NCBI GenBank assembly: GCA_016188915.1
Contig: JACPGU010000002.1
Coordinates: forward strand, 241,211 to 305,210
Reading direction: 5' to 3'
DNA from: Candidatus Microgenomates bacterium
GTDB lineage: Bacteria > Patescibacteriota > JACPGU01
Length of the DNA stretch: 64,000 nt
The stretch's first letter is position 1. Each line of letters opens with the position of its first letter. The notes beneath the pieces were generated by a model. The model worked only from the letters and a program-made list of their open reading frames with translations, was not told the origin of the DNA and made no database searches. Of this stretch, positions 56,480 through 64,000 are shown piece by piece. Position numbers and translations under genes: made by a program.

Positions 56480-56702
56480 TTAGCTTAGGCTAAACTCAAA
56501 ATTTTGTTCAAAAATTTTATCTAAAAAATCTCTAATTTTATATCTAAATATTGTTTATCAGAGGTTACTTAACAATGATAGACCCAAAGAGCATAACACG
56601 GATAGAATTTCTTTTGTAGCCCCTTTCTCTTTACTTAAATCGCAGATGTCGTACAATACTCCTATCCATACTTCATGCCTCATAATTCATGCTTCATCAC
56701 CT

Positions 56703-57668
56703 ATGAACCTCAACGATCTCATTCGCCAATTCTTGGAACATCTGGAAGTTGAACGTGGCAAAAGCCTCAAAACGATAGAAAACTATCAGCACTATTTGAA
56801 TCGTTTTTTGATTTTTGCCGAAGGTTTGGGCGTGAAAGAGCCGACACAGATAGATCAAGATGTCATTCGTCAATACCGTCTCTACTTGAACCGTCTGACC
56901 AATCAAAAAGGCGAAATGCTCAGAAAAGTGACGCAAAATTATCATTCCATCGCCTTGCGCGCTTTTTTGAAATATCTGGCCAAAAGAGATATCAAATCTT
57001 TGTCGGCGGAAAAAGTGGAATTAGCCAAACAAGAAGACCGAGAAGTGAGCTTCTTGGATGCCCAAGAATTGGAAAGGCTGATGGCATCTCCCGCGATGTA
57101 TGAAAAAAATGTGACCAAAAGAATGCGTGATGAAGCGATTCTTCATACTTTGTTTTCCACCGGTCTGCGTGTCTCGGAGCTTTGCTCGCTTAATCGTGAG
57201 CAAGTGGATTTAGAGCGAGGCGAATTTTCCGTTCGAGGCAAGGGGAGCAAAATCCGCGTCGTTTTTTTGTCAAATGAGGCCAAAGAATTTTTGCGAAAAT
57301 ATTTGGAGAGAAGAAAAGACAATCATAAGGCTGTTTTTGTTCCGGTCTTGCATAAAGTGCGCGGAGCGGGTAATTCCCCGACGTCCGACGTCGGGGAGAA
57401 AATCGGGCGCGAGATGCGCCTGACTTCTCGTTCGGTGGAGAGACTAATCGCTCATTACGCTAAATTGGCCGGCATTATCAAAAAAGTTTCACCGCATACC
57501 TTAAGGCATTGCTTCGCGACCGATTTACTGATGAACGGCGCCGATATTCGTAGTGTGCAGTCTATGCTCGGCCATTCTTCTATTACCACCACGCAAATTT
57601 ATACTCATGTGACCAATCAACAATTGCGCGATGTCCATCGCGCTTTCCACGGGAAGACAAAAAAATAA
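56703..57668 (+). CDS. xerD: tyrosine site-specific recombinase XerD/XerC-like
   Basis: The N-terminal SAM-like domain (LIRQFLEHLEVERGKSLKTIENY) and the C-terminal catalytic motifs HTLRHCFATDLL...LGHSSITTTQIYTHV are present. The protein carries a ~40-aa insertion. Confidence 0.8.
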   Translation: MNLNDLIRQFLEHLEVERGKSLKTIENYQHYLNRFLIFAEGLGVKEPTQIDQDVIRQYRLYLNRLTNQKGEMLRKVTQNYHSIALRAFLKYLAKRDIKSLSAEKVELAKQEDREVSFLDAQELERLMASPAMYEKNVTKRMRDEAILHTLFSTGLRVSELCSLNREQVDLERGEFSVRGKGSKIRVVFLSNEAKEFLRKYLERRKDNHKAVFVPVLHKVRGAGNSPTSDVGEKIGREMRLTSRSVERLIAHYAKLAGIIKKVSPHTLRHCFATDLLMNGADIRSVQSMLGHSSITTTQIYTHVTNQQLRDVHRAFHGKTKK

Positions 57669-57695
57669 CCCCGCTCGCTAGAGCGGGGACTAATT
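57669..57695. terminator. bidirectional terminator (CCCCGCTCgctaGAGCGGGG)
   Basis: The hairpin lies between convergent genes, with an A-run upstream. Confidence 0.7.
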
Positions 57696-57711
57696 TGCGC
57701 GATTAAAGCGA

Positions 57712-58746
57712 TTAGGGAGATGGAGGCATAGTGTAATCGCTTGTTTCGTCTGTCGGAGGGGGCTGGTCGGGGTCTAGCTCTTTGAGCCTTCGTCCGCATT
57801 GGCCGCAGAAGATGTCATCTTCGGCGGCTTCTTTTTGACACATCGGACACTTTCGGACATCGGGATTTTGCGTGGAGCCCATTTTTTCCGAAGCCTTTTC
57901 CTCGCCCATTGAGCCTTCCTCCTTGCGTTCTTTCTTCTGACGGCATTTTGGGCAGAAATCATAGCCTTTGGGAATCGGGGCGTTACATTGGGGACAGTAA
58001 GGTGACGAAATGGCCGTGCCGAGTTCTTTTTTCTGTGACCTTTCGTCACTAATGAGCTCAGCGCCACAGCCACCGCAGAAGATTCCGTCTCCTATGACGC
58101 ACAGTTCGGCGGTAGTGTAGGTGCCAGGAGTTTTCATCTCCACTTCTTTCTCCATATCTTCCATATCTTCGCGCGCCAGTTTCAAGAGAGCATCCCAAGA
58201 CCCCGTTTCTTCTGCAATAATGAAGAGATTAAGGGGGTCATAGCCTGGCTTTTGGGCATTGCCGGGCTCATTCAGCCAGTCAATTAGCTGATTCGTCTGG
58301 TAGAAAAGAGTGTTGGCCATCGTCATTACTTCACTGGATGTTTGCTCTTGGGCGAGTAAATTCCTCAGCAGTTTATGGAGGTATTGCAGGGCGTCGACGC
58401 TGGATACAATCAAGTTCATATCTTCGATCCGAGCCACTCTCTTAGTCAAAAAGGCAGGGTCGTCGTATCGATGAGATGGAACTTGAAATTTTGCAATAGG
58501 CGCGATGACCCCTTGCTTGGTATTGTTGACGACGACAGGTTTTATCTGCCTTTTTCTCGCCTCTCGCGATGGCCGTGGTCGGAAAATGAGGTAAATCAGA
58601 CCGTAGGCAGTCAGAACGATCGCCAATAGCAGAACGAGCGAGCAGATGTCAGTCGGCAGGCTCACACCGAGAGAGCTGGACAACCGATTGATGAAGGGGG
58701 TTGTGATTTCCTCCCACAAGTCGAAAAAGCTGAAAATAGTCTCCAT
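57712..58746 (-). CDS. hypothetical membrane protein with C-terminal tandem zinc-ribbon domains
   Basis: An N-terminal TM is followed by a cytoplasmic region and three CxxC...CxxC ribbons (FCGGCG..CPQCN; CPKCR; CPMCQ..CGQCG). Confidence 0.5.
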   Translation of the reverse strand: METIFSFFDLWEEITTPFINRLSSSLGVSLPTDICSLVLLLAIVLTAYGLIYLIFRPRPSREARKRQIKPVVVNNTKQGVIAPIAKFQVPSHRYDDPAFLTKRVARIEDMNLIVSSVDALQYLHKLLRNLLAQEQTSSEVMTMANTLFYQTNQLIDWLNEPGNAQKPGYDPLNLFIIAEETGSWDALLKLAREDMEDMEKEVEMKTPGTYTTAELCVIGDGIFCGGCGAELISDERSQKKELGTAISSPYCPQCNAPIPKGYDFCPKCRQKKERKEEGSMGEEKASEKMGSTQNPDVRKCPMCQKEAAEDDIFCGQCGRRLKELDPDQPPPTDETSDYTMPPSP

Positions 58747-58910
58747 GGCGGAGCGCCTCCTTGATTTTGGTTTTGTGATTTTTTAAACATCAAAAAATCT
58801 TTCCTTATTATAGCCTATTTCGCTTTATAAAGTCAATATTTTTCTGGCAATGTCCGACTTTGCCAGACTTTTTGGCTATCGGTATTCTTGTTTTTGTGCT
58901 AAAATACTTC

Positions 58911-58938
58911 ATAACTCATAACTCATAACTCATAGCTC
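58911..58938. repeat. heptamer tandem repeat (ATAACTC)x3 + ATAGCTC
   Basis: The repeat is seen directly in the intergenic region upstream of 57712..58746. Confidence 0.6.
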
Positions 58939-59083
58939 ATGCTTAGCATCGGCAATTTCACTATTCTGATTTTCCCCTAGTAATGCCTTTTGAAATTAAA
59001 TTAAATATGCCTAAGCCACGCAAAAAAAGAATCATCCTACAAAGGGATGAAAATGGGCGGATTTTGCACTCTAAAGTGGCCGA

Positions 59084-59275
59084 TTAATTAGATTTTTCAT
59101 TGTTGTCGGTGAGGACTTGTTCTTTTTCTTTATTCTCTAGATATATTTTATATAAAATCTCATAATATTGGGTTATTTGTTCTGCATATAGCCCCGCTTC
59201 CTCATCTGTTAGCTCTTTTCCAGCCTCCTCTTTTACTATTCGTTTGAATTCTTGTATTAATTTTTCTGATAACAT
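59084..59275 (-). CDS. small acidic helical protein (hypothetical)
   Basis: The 63-aa ORF may be the last gene of the minus-strand operon. Confidence 0.3.
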   Translation of the reverse strand: MLSEKLIQEFKRIVKEEAGKELTDEEAGLYAEQITQYYEILYKIYLENKEKEQVLTDNNEKSN

Positions 59276-59476
59276 ATCTTTGTTCTAAATGATAATTGTT
59301 TTAAGCTCCTAAATTACCGAACAAATACCGAATATTTACTGAATAAGAAGATAAAAAACTACCCCTATATAAAAGCTCCTATTCAAAAATGGCGTTGGGG
59401 GGGGTCTTTCCTTTATGGGTGGTAAGCCGAGTGGGAATCCTGCTTCCTCAAAGCGAAGGCTAACTTAAAGTATTTC

Positions 59477-59932
59477 TTAAACTTTTTTGTTCTTTGCTAG
59501 ATTATGGCCGTATTTAACAGCATTTAGGATTAATAGTTGGATTTCTTTTACAAAAAACTTTGGGTAACTTACTAAATCCTCTTCTGATTCATTTGGATAG
59601 CTTTTTGAATCTTCTTCAAATTCTCCTGAACAATTTCTTAGATCCTTTTCTAATTCACACAGATAAATATTATTAGCCTTTTCTTTAATTTCCTCCTCAC
59701 TTATTAACTGACCATCTTCAATACCATATTTGACGGCTTCCCTAATGCGATCGTAGTGCCAGAAGGGGATATTGACGATATCTCTTATTTCTTTCCATCT
59801 TTCTTTGGTTATATGCACATTACCTATAGACTCATCAACATACTTTCTTAGAAGACTATCTAAAGCATCATAGGGATTAGTTTCAAAATCAAATGTTTCT
59901 TGGTTTTTCATAGGTTTATATTTAAAAGACAA
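59477..59932 (-). CDS. hypothetical acidic cytoplasmic protein
   Basis: The 151-aa protein has no recognisable family. It overlaps the upstream CPBP gene by 11 nt, suggesting translational coupling. Confidence 0.45.
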   Translation of the reverse strand: MSFKYKPMKNQETFDFETNPYDALDSLLRKYVDESIGNVHITKERWKEIRDIVNIPFWHYDRIREAVKYGIEDGQLISEEEIKEKANNIYLCELEKDLRNCSGEFEEDSKSYPNESEEDLVSYPKFFVKEIQLLILNAVKYGHNLAKNKKV

Positions 59933-60701
59933 AGATAATATTACTTAATATATTATTTCCTATATGCCCCAATATAGCATATTTAAACCCATACCTCATC
60001 CGCAAAAATCCCAATATTAAACCCCCTGTTGCTTGGGGGAGAATAAAGAAAGGAATCAAAAACCAAAAGTTGCTAAAGTTGGAAAAGTTAGACAAATGAT
60101 CTAGCCCAAACAATATTGCCGAGATATAGAAAATATACCCAAATCTTTTTTGGTAGAAGCTCCTGATTTTTTGTTCGTTTAGGAATCTCTTCATTGTCTT
60201 TGCCAGCAGAAAACCCAGTACTAAGACTATAGTAATCATAATAGGAGCTATAATCCAGTCATAAGGGTCAGAAAACACTGTAATGAGCCAGCCCCAGCCA
60301 ATATCCACACTAGCTATCCAAGTTCGTAATTCCTCAAAAAATGCGATACAGAGGAATATAAGGGCAAATGCGAGGTTGTAAAAAGAGAATCTCAGCCCAA
60401 GCCTAAATGTAAGCTCCTCCATGACAGGAGCTCCTATCAAAACGACTAGAATATAATAGATCGGTCTATAATCAGCCTCTCCTCCCACAAAGTTTCCGAC
60501 ATCATAATCAAATAATCTAAATAGGTGGTAATTAAGATATACCAATATGCTATTAATTGCCAATCCTATTATTATTAGAATGAGAATATTAAGAAGGTCA
60601 ACCGCCGTTTTCTTTTTGTTTGAATCAATGGAATAATCGGGTTTCCGTAAAAACTTCAGAAAAGATAAAACTATGTTTTCCTGATCTATTTTATTTTCCA
60701 T
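59922..60701 (-). CDS. CPBP family intramembrane glutamic endopeptidase (CAAX protease / Abi bacteriocin-immunity family)
   Basis: Multiple TM helices carry motif 1 EExxxR (GAPVMEELTFRLGLRF) and a His motif (FGLDHL). Confidence 0.75.
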   Translation of the reverse strand: MENKIDQENIVLSFLKFLRKPDYSIDSNKKKTAVDLLNILILIIIGLAINSILVYLNYHLFRLFDYDVGNFVGGEADYRPIYYILVVLIGAPVMEELTFRLGLRFSFYNLAFALIFLCIAFFEELRTWIASVDIGWGWLITVFSDPYDWIIAPIMITIVLVLGFLLAKTMKRFLNEQKIRSFYQKRFGYIFYISAILFGLDHLSNFSNFSNFWFLIPFFILPQATGGLILGFLRMRYGFKYAILGHIGNNILSNIIFVF

Positions 60702-61194
60702 TTTTGTTTGTTGGTATTTTGGTCTCTTTTATTAGCTTTGGTGGTCTAATGCTCGTGTCATAAACTGATATTTTGTCGTCTGATATTATCGTGGTCATCT
60801 TTGAATCATGATAATTAAAAAGCTCCTTTAGTTGTTTGCTTCGTGCCTTTTTAAAGAAGTGGAGATAGTTGGTTTTAAAATTTGATCTTTGTTGGCTACT
60901 GAATTGTTGTATATTCAATTGCTCTTCAAAAAGAACATCCAAGCTCTTTTTTGAATCATCCTCGCATGCTTTAACAAAGACAGGGAGTAAAGAGTGGCAA
61001 CAATGGCCTGAACAGCCAAAATCTATTATTTGATTAGCGAATATATTTATTATCCAGATCAGAAAATCAATAGGAGCTTCAAATCCCATTTTGGCCAATA
61101 ATTCCTCGGCTTTGATTGGTGAAGCTCCTCGTACATGAAAACCGCCCTTGTCAGCATATCCGCTTAAATTGTCTAAGCGTTGTTGGTTGGTCAT
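60691..61194 (-). CDS. hypothetical cytoplasmic protein with a degenerate GCSGHCC motif
   Basis: The 167-aa protein contains IIDFGCSGHCCHSLLP, which weakly recalls a SAM-binding GxGxG motif. It overlaps the CPBP gene by 11 nt. Confidence 0.4.
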   Translation of the reverse strand: MTNQQRLDNLSGYADKGGFHVRGASPIKAEELLAKMGFEAPIDFLIWIINIFANQIIDFGCSGHCCHSLLPVFVKACEDDSKKSLDVLFEEQLNIQQFSSQQRSNFKTNYLHFFKKARSKQLKELFNYHDSKMTTIISDDKISVYDTSIRPPKLIKETKIPTNKNGK

Positions 61195-61199
61195 AATAT

Positions 61200-61439
61200 T
61201 TATTGATTAATCGCATAAATAACGGAGAATATTGTAAAAGCTATAAATAATAGACCTCCCAATATTGCTAAAATTCTGGAAAGTATGGGGCTACTACTTG
61301 TAGAGGGTCTTAGTGGATCCCCAACAGTAAAGCTCTTAGATAGCTCTTCATTGGAATAAAATATGCCACTAAATAAAGCTCCTAACCCAATTCCCAGTGA
61401 CACTATTGCTACTAATACTATCCCAATAATTTTCATCAT
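61200..61439 (-). CDS. small two-TM membrane protein (79 aa), first gene of the operon
   Basis: Two hydrophobic helices are separated by a Ser/Pro-rich loop. The gene lies 6 nt upstream of the next gene. Confidence 0.45.
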   Translation of the reverse strand: MMKIIGIVLVAIVSLGIGLGALFSGIFYSNEELSKSFTVGDPLRPSTSSSPILSRILAILGGLLFIAFTIFSVIYAINQ

Positions 61440-61459
61440 ATTTTTAAATTATTGATAAA

Positions 61460-61600
61460 ACAAAAGGACAACCTTGCAGGTTGTCACACCCAATTAGACA
61501 GGTTGTGCCTAATTGTTTTACAAAGTTGCCCTATTCTTGGTACAACCTTGCATTATCCTCACGGATAAAAAGCATAATAAATCTAATTGGGTGTGACAGA
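61460..61600. promoter_or_regulatory. promoter/operator region with nested inverted repeats
   Basis: A 15-bp perfect IR (GTCACACCCAATTAG at 61483-61497, CTAATTGGGTGTGAC at 61584-61598) has its arms 86 bp apart. The palindrome ACAACCTTGCAGGTTGT is at 61469-61485. A second copy of ACAACCTTGCA is at 61543-61553. Confidence 0.45.
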
Positions 61601-61623
61601 TTCATTATAGCACGACATAAAAA

Positions 61624-61650
61624 ATAGCGTAATATAGATTATCACGCTAT
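61624..61650 (-). terminator. terminator (ATAGCGTgataatctatattACGCTAT + T-run on the minus strand) after the GmrSD-like gene
   Basis: The hairpin is followed by TTTTTTATG on the minus strand. Confidence 0.6.
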
Positions 61651-61682
61651 TTTATGTTATTTCTCCAAGTTGTTTATCTCCC

Positions 61683-63389
61683 CTAAAACTCTAAATTCCA
61701 AACCTTATCTATAGAATATTTGGATAATTCTTGTGCTCTTTCCTTTATACTGTCTTCATTCCACGCGTCTCGTTGCAGATATTTTGAAAATATTTCTATA
61801 CCTTGAGCATACTCAACTAGCCCATGATTTTGGCCACTACCAGCTTTTTTGGTTTTCCAATCAGAATCTCTTATGGATGAATTGAGTTGTTTTGTTATTA
61901 AAGTTAAATTGCCTAATGTTAATATTAGATCGTCACGGTCATTTTCCTGCTCGTTTGTTAAATTATCGTCTTTCCAGTTATTCCGCCATTTTTTTGGCAT
62001 CACATGCTCTAGGCTATATTCGTCAAAATACTTAAGTTCCGTAGAGTTTAGATTGCTCCTAATAGATCTTTCAATTAAGTAAAGAATTCCTTTGGCTTGT
62101 TTGTTGCTTAGATCAGATTGTTTGATACCTTCTTCAACATCTTGATCGGAAGGCATATAATTAATTTTCTCCCCCTTCATTTCAATAAGCTCCTTCAATT
62201 TTTCTAGCGTGTTTATCTCGTTATTTATGAAGCTCCTAAATAATTGGTTATAATTTTTTGTCGTTTTCTTACAGATTAATCTTCGCATTAAATAAGCCTC
62301 AAGATATCTAAAAATTTTGTTCCTTTCATCTTGATTGGTAACCTTTTTTGCTACATACAGGATATACGGGATAATCGTCGCCGTATCCAACCCAAACATA
62401 ACCAAATTCAATCTTTGGACATAATCATTTTTGTTTACATCCTGTTCTACGATCTTTGGATTAACTGTGTTTTTATAAACAGAAGCATACTCTTTTAATT
62501 CACTTACCACTAAATCTTTAACTAAGCCATACTTAGCAATAAATTCTTTATACGAATTGAATACAGAATCAACCTTAAAATAACGCTCCTTATCATCAGA
62601 GGTAACATTAAGATCCTTCTCTTGAATTTTTATAAATAAATATGATTGCAAAAATAGATCTATATTATTTCTGATGCTTCGGCCTGAAGTAACTTCTTGA
62701 TCCCAATATTCCTTAATCTCGTCATCTTTTTCAAAAACATCTCGCCAGTTTTTGTTGTAAAATTCTATATCGTCTCGGAATAAGTAATTTTTTAGCAATT
62801 CAGCAGTTGTCAATCTAACACCAAGAGAGTTTATGGTATCAAAAATCTGTTGCTCATCTTCATTGAAAAGAAGATCAATGCCGACAAATAAAACATTAGA
62901 TAATAGATTGTTTGGATTTATTTCATTTGCCTCAATATTTTTTAGAAAATAGTCGTAACACCTGCTTATTTGGCTCTTCTTCTCTTTTGCATCAAGTTCT
63001 TGGTCTGTCAGTATTTTTTCAAAAATAGGTTTATCTGAGTAATTATGCTCTAAAATTATATTATTATTAAACATTGTAAAGATTTCCTGAAACTTTTCAG
63101 GTGTTTCATTTTTATTAAACAATGCCTTAAAAAACAACATAACCGTTGTTAATCTTTGTTGGCCATCAATAATTGTTCTAACATTATTTTCATTTACCTG
63201 CGTCTCCTGTTGTTTTAATATAACCGATCCCATGAAGTAGGGGCAGTTGGCACGAGAGGCATACCTCATGTCATCTAAAAATCTCTCCCATTGTTCTTCT
63301 TGCCAAACATAAGATCTTTGAAAATGAGGTATTTTCAATTTATTGGCTCTATTAAATATGTCAGATATATTTCTTTTTCCAGCTTCCAT
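61683..63389 (-). CDS. GmrSD-family (DUF262 + DUF1524) type IV modification-dependent restriction endonuclease candidate
   Basis: The N-terminal DUF262/ParB-like motifs are KIPHFQRSYVW and IIDGQQRLTT. The C-terminal DUF1524 His-Me finger is EHVMPKKW...N...NLTLI..LN. Confidence 0.8.
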   Translation of the reverse strand: MEAGKRNISDIFNRANKLKIPHFQRSYVWQEEQWERFLDDMRYASRANCPYFMGSVILKQQETQVNENNVRTIIDGQQRLTTVMLFFKALFNKNETPEKFQEIFTMFNNNIILEHNYSDKPIFEKILTDQELDAKEKKSQISRCYDYFLKNIEANEINPNNLLSNVLFVGIDLLFNEDEQQIFDTINSLGVRLTTAELLKNYLFRDDIEFYNKNWRDVFEKDDEIKEYWDQEVTSGRSIRNNIDLFLQSYLFIKIQEKDLNVTSDDKERYFKVDSVFNSYKEFIAKYGLVKDLVVSELKEYASVYKNTVNPKIVEQDVNKNDYVQRLNLVMFGLDTATIIPYILYVAKKVTNQDERNKIFRYLEAYLMRRLICKKTTKNYNQLFRSFINNEINTLEKLKELIEMKGEKINYMPSDQDVEEGIKQSDLSNKQAKGILYLIERSIRSNLNSTELKYFDEYSLEHVMPKKWRNNWKDDNLTNEQENDRDDLILTLGNLTLITKQLNSSIRDSDWKTKKAGSGQNHGLVEYAQGIEIFSKYLQRDAWNEDSIKERAQELSKYSIDKVWNLEF

Positions 63390-63421
63390 ATAATTTATTT
63401 TTATTAATAGGTTTTATTATA

Positions 63422-64000
63422 CTACAAATCAGATAGCCTTTTCCATATCTCTACCATTGCTAGAGTATCTAACTCGCAATATTTGAGCATGTCTTGATAT
63501 AAGTGTTCTCGTTCTTCCTTGTCCACCTTCTCGTCTGTTAGTGTGAACCATGAAACTGAAGCTGTGCCACCCTCTTGGATATTAAGCTCCTTATATGACA
63601 GGTGAGGTACCATTACTGGTAATACTTTCTTGAGTGAGGCGGAAGCCTTAAAGCCCTTGTCTGCTACATATCCATTCTTAAATATCATCATCAAATCAAA
63701 CATTCTTTCATTCATACCCTCAAAGAATTCTTTATATTCAGGGTTTCTGCTGGCAATACCTGTATTACAACTCTTTTCAAAAGACATATTCCACGATATA
63801 AAAGTTCCTTTTTCTCCGACGATATTATTCAGCGATTCATAAAGATCTTTGGTCGGGTCTTTGTATTCTTTTTCTAAAAACTCATAATGCTTTGCTTCTG
63901 CGTTTGGAGCTTCTATGACATGTAAAGAGTATTGAAACGGGATATTCTCGTAAGGCCTAAGCCCATCAAATAGAGGTACGGCTCCTCCAAATGTCTCATA
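63422..64000 (-). CDS. hypothetical protein, 5'-truncated by the window edge, with a DEDDy 3'-5' exonuclease-like C-terminal motif
   Basis: The reading frame is open from the window edge to the stop at 63422. The C-terminus ...HLYQDMLKYCELDTLAMVEIWKRL resembles exonuclease motif III (Y-x3-D), as in RNase D/DnaQ-like domains. Confidence 0.45.
   Translation of the reverse strand, partial: YETFGGAVPLFDGLRPYENIPFQYSLHVIEAPNAEAKHYEFLEKEYKDPTKDLYESLNNIVGEKGTFISWNMSFEKSCNTGIASRNPEYKEFFEGMNERMFDLMMIFKNGYVADKGFKASASLKKVLPVMVPHLSYKELNIQEGGTASVSWFTLTDEKVDKEEREHLYQDMLKYCELDTLAMVEIWKRLSDL

Noticed and set aside
59007-59084. 25-codon plus-strand sORF (MPKPRKKRIILQRDENGRILHSKVAD)
   Set aside because: It has no RBS or promoter support and overlaps the 3' end of a minus-strand gene. 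It could not be matched to any small ribosomal or toxin protein family from sequence alone.

Overview
This is a low-GC (~40%) bacterial chromosomal segment. Its gene content points to a small-genome, CPR/Patescibacteria-like organism with Gram-positive-type surface biology: weak or absent SD sites, giant surface proteins, a short SufD, and tRNA genes surrounded by scars. Coordinates were derived by hand from the sequence and may be off by 1-2 nt; CDS coordinates follow the supplied ORF track and include stop codons.

Gene content, in order: a 5'-partial Mur-ligase gene, a PD40-like membrane protein, smpB, a Fe/Mn superoxide dismutase, a small RRM protein, typA and a tRNA-Arg. Next is an Rrf2-regulated sufC-sufB-short sufD-Rieske-sufS-sufU operon. 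A WxL-like cell-surface locus follows: a 238-aa WxL-like protein plus a DUF916/LysM-type anchor protein. A GC-rich ilvC-like island separates it from a 2446-aa tandem-repeat giant protein carrying the same C-terminal domain. After that come a 1428-aa delta-60-repeat giant protein with a peptidoglycan-binding tail, tRNA-Pro, an AI-2E transporter, L25, a purN-like gene, a HIT protein and a cupredoxin. A minus-strand block encodes dcd, doxX, ndh, an AstE/AspA-like enzyme, a GCS2 ligase, a Nudix hydrolase, an NT5C-like nucleotidase and a DEAD-box helicase. Then come a YdeI-like gene, an EamA transporter, a SAM methyltransferase, an XRE regulator, and three tRNA-Ser genes embedded in duplicated tRNA fragments and palindromes. 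The remaining housekeeping genes are galU, ftsH, an ABC exporter, murJ, lepA, an MraY/WecA-like transferase, ndk, an M16 peptidase and a xerD-like recombinase.

The 3' end of the window is a defence-type island and is the best candidate for an undescribed system. A tightly coupled minus-strand operon (a 2-TM micro-protein, a Cys-motif protein, a CPBP/Abi intramembrane protease and two unknowns) sits behind a promoter with nested inverted repeats. Immediately next to it are a GmrSD-like (DUF262+DUF1524) type IV restriction gene and a partial gene with a DEDDy-exonuclease-like C-terminus.
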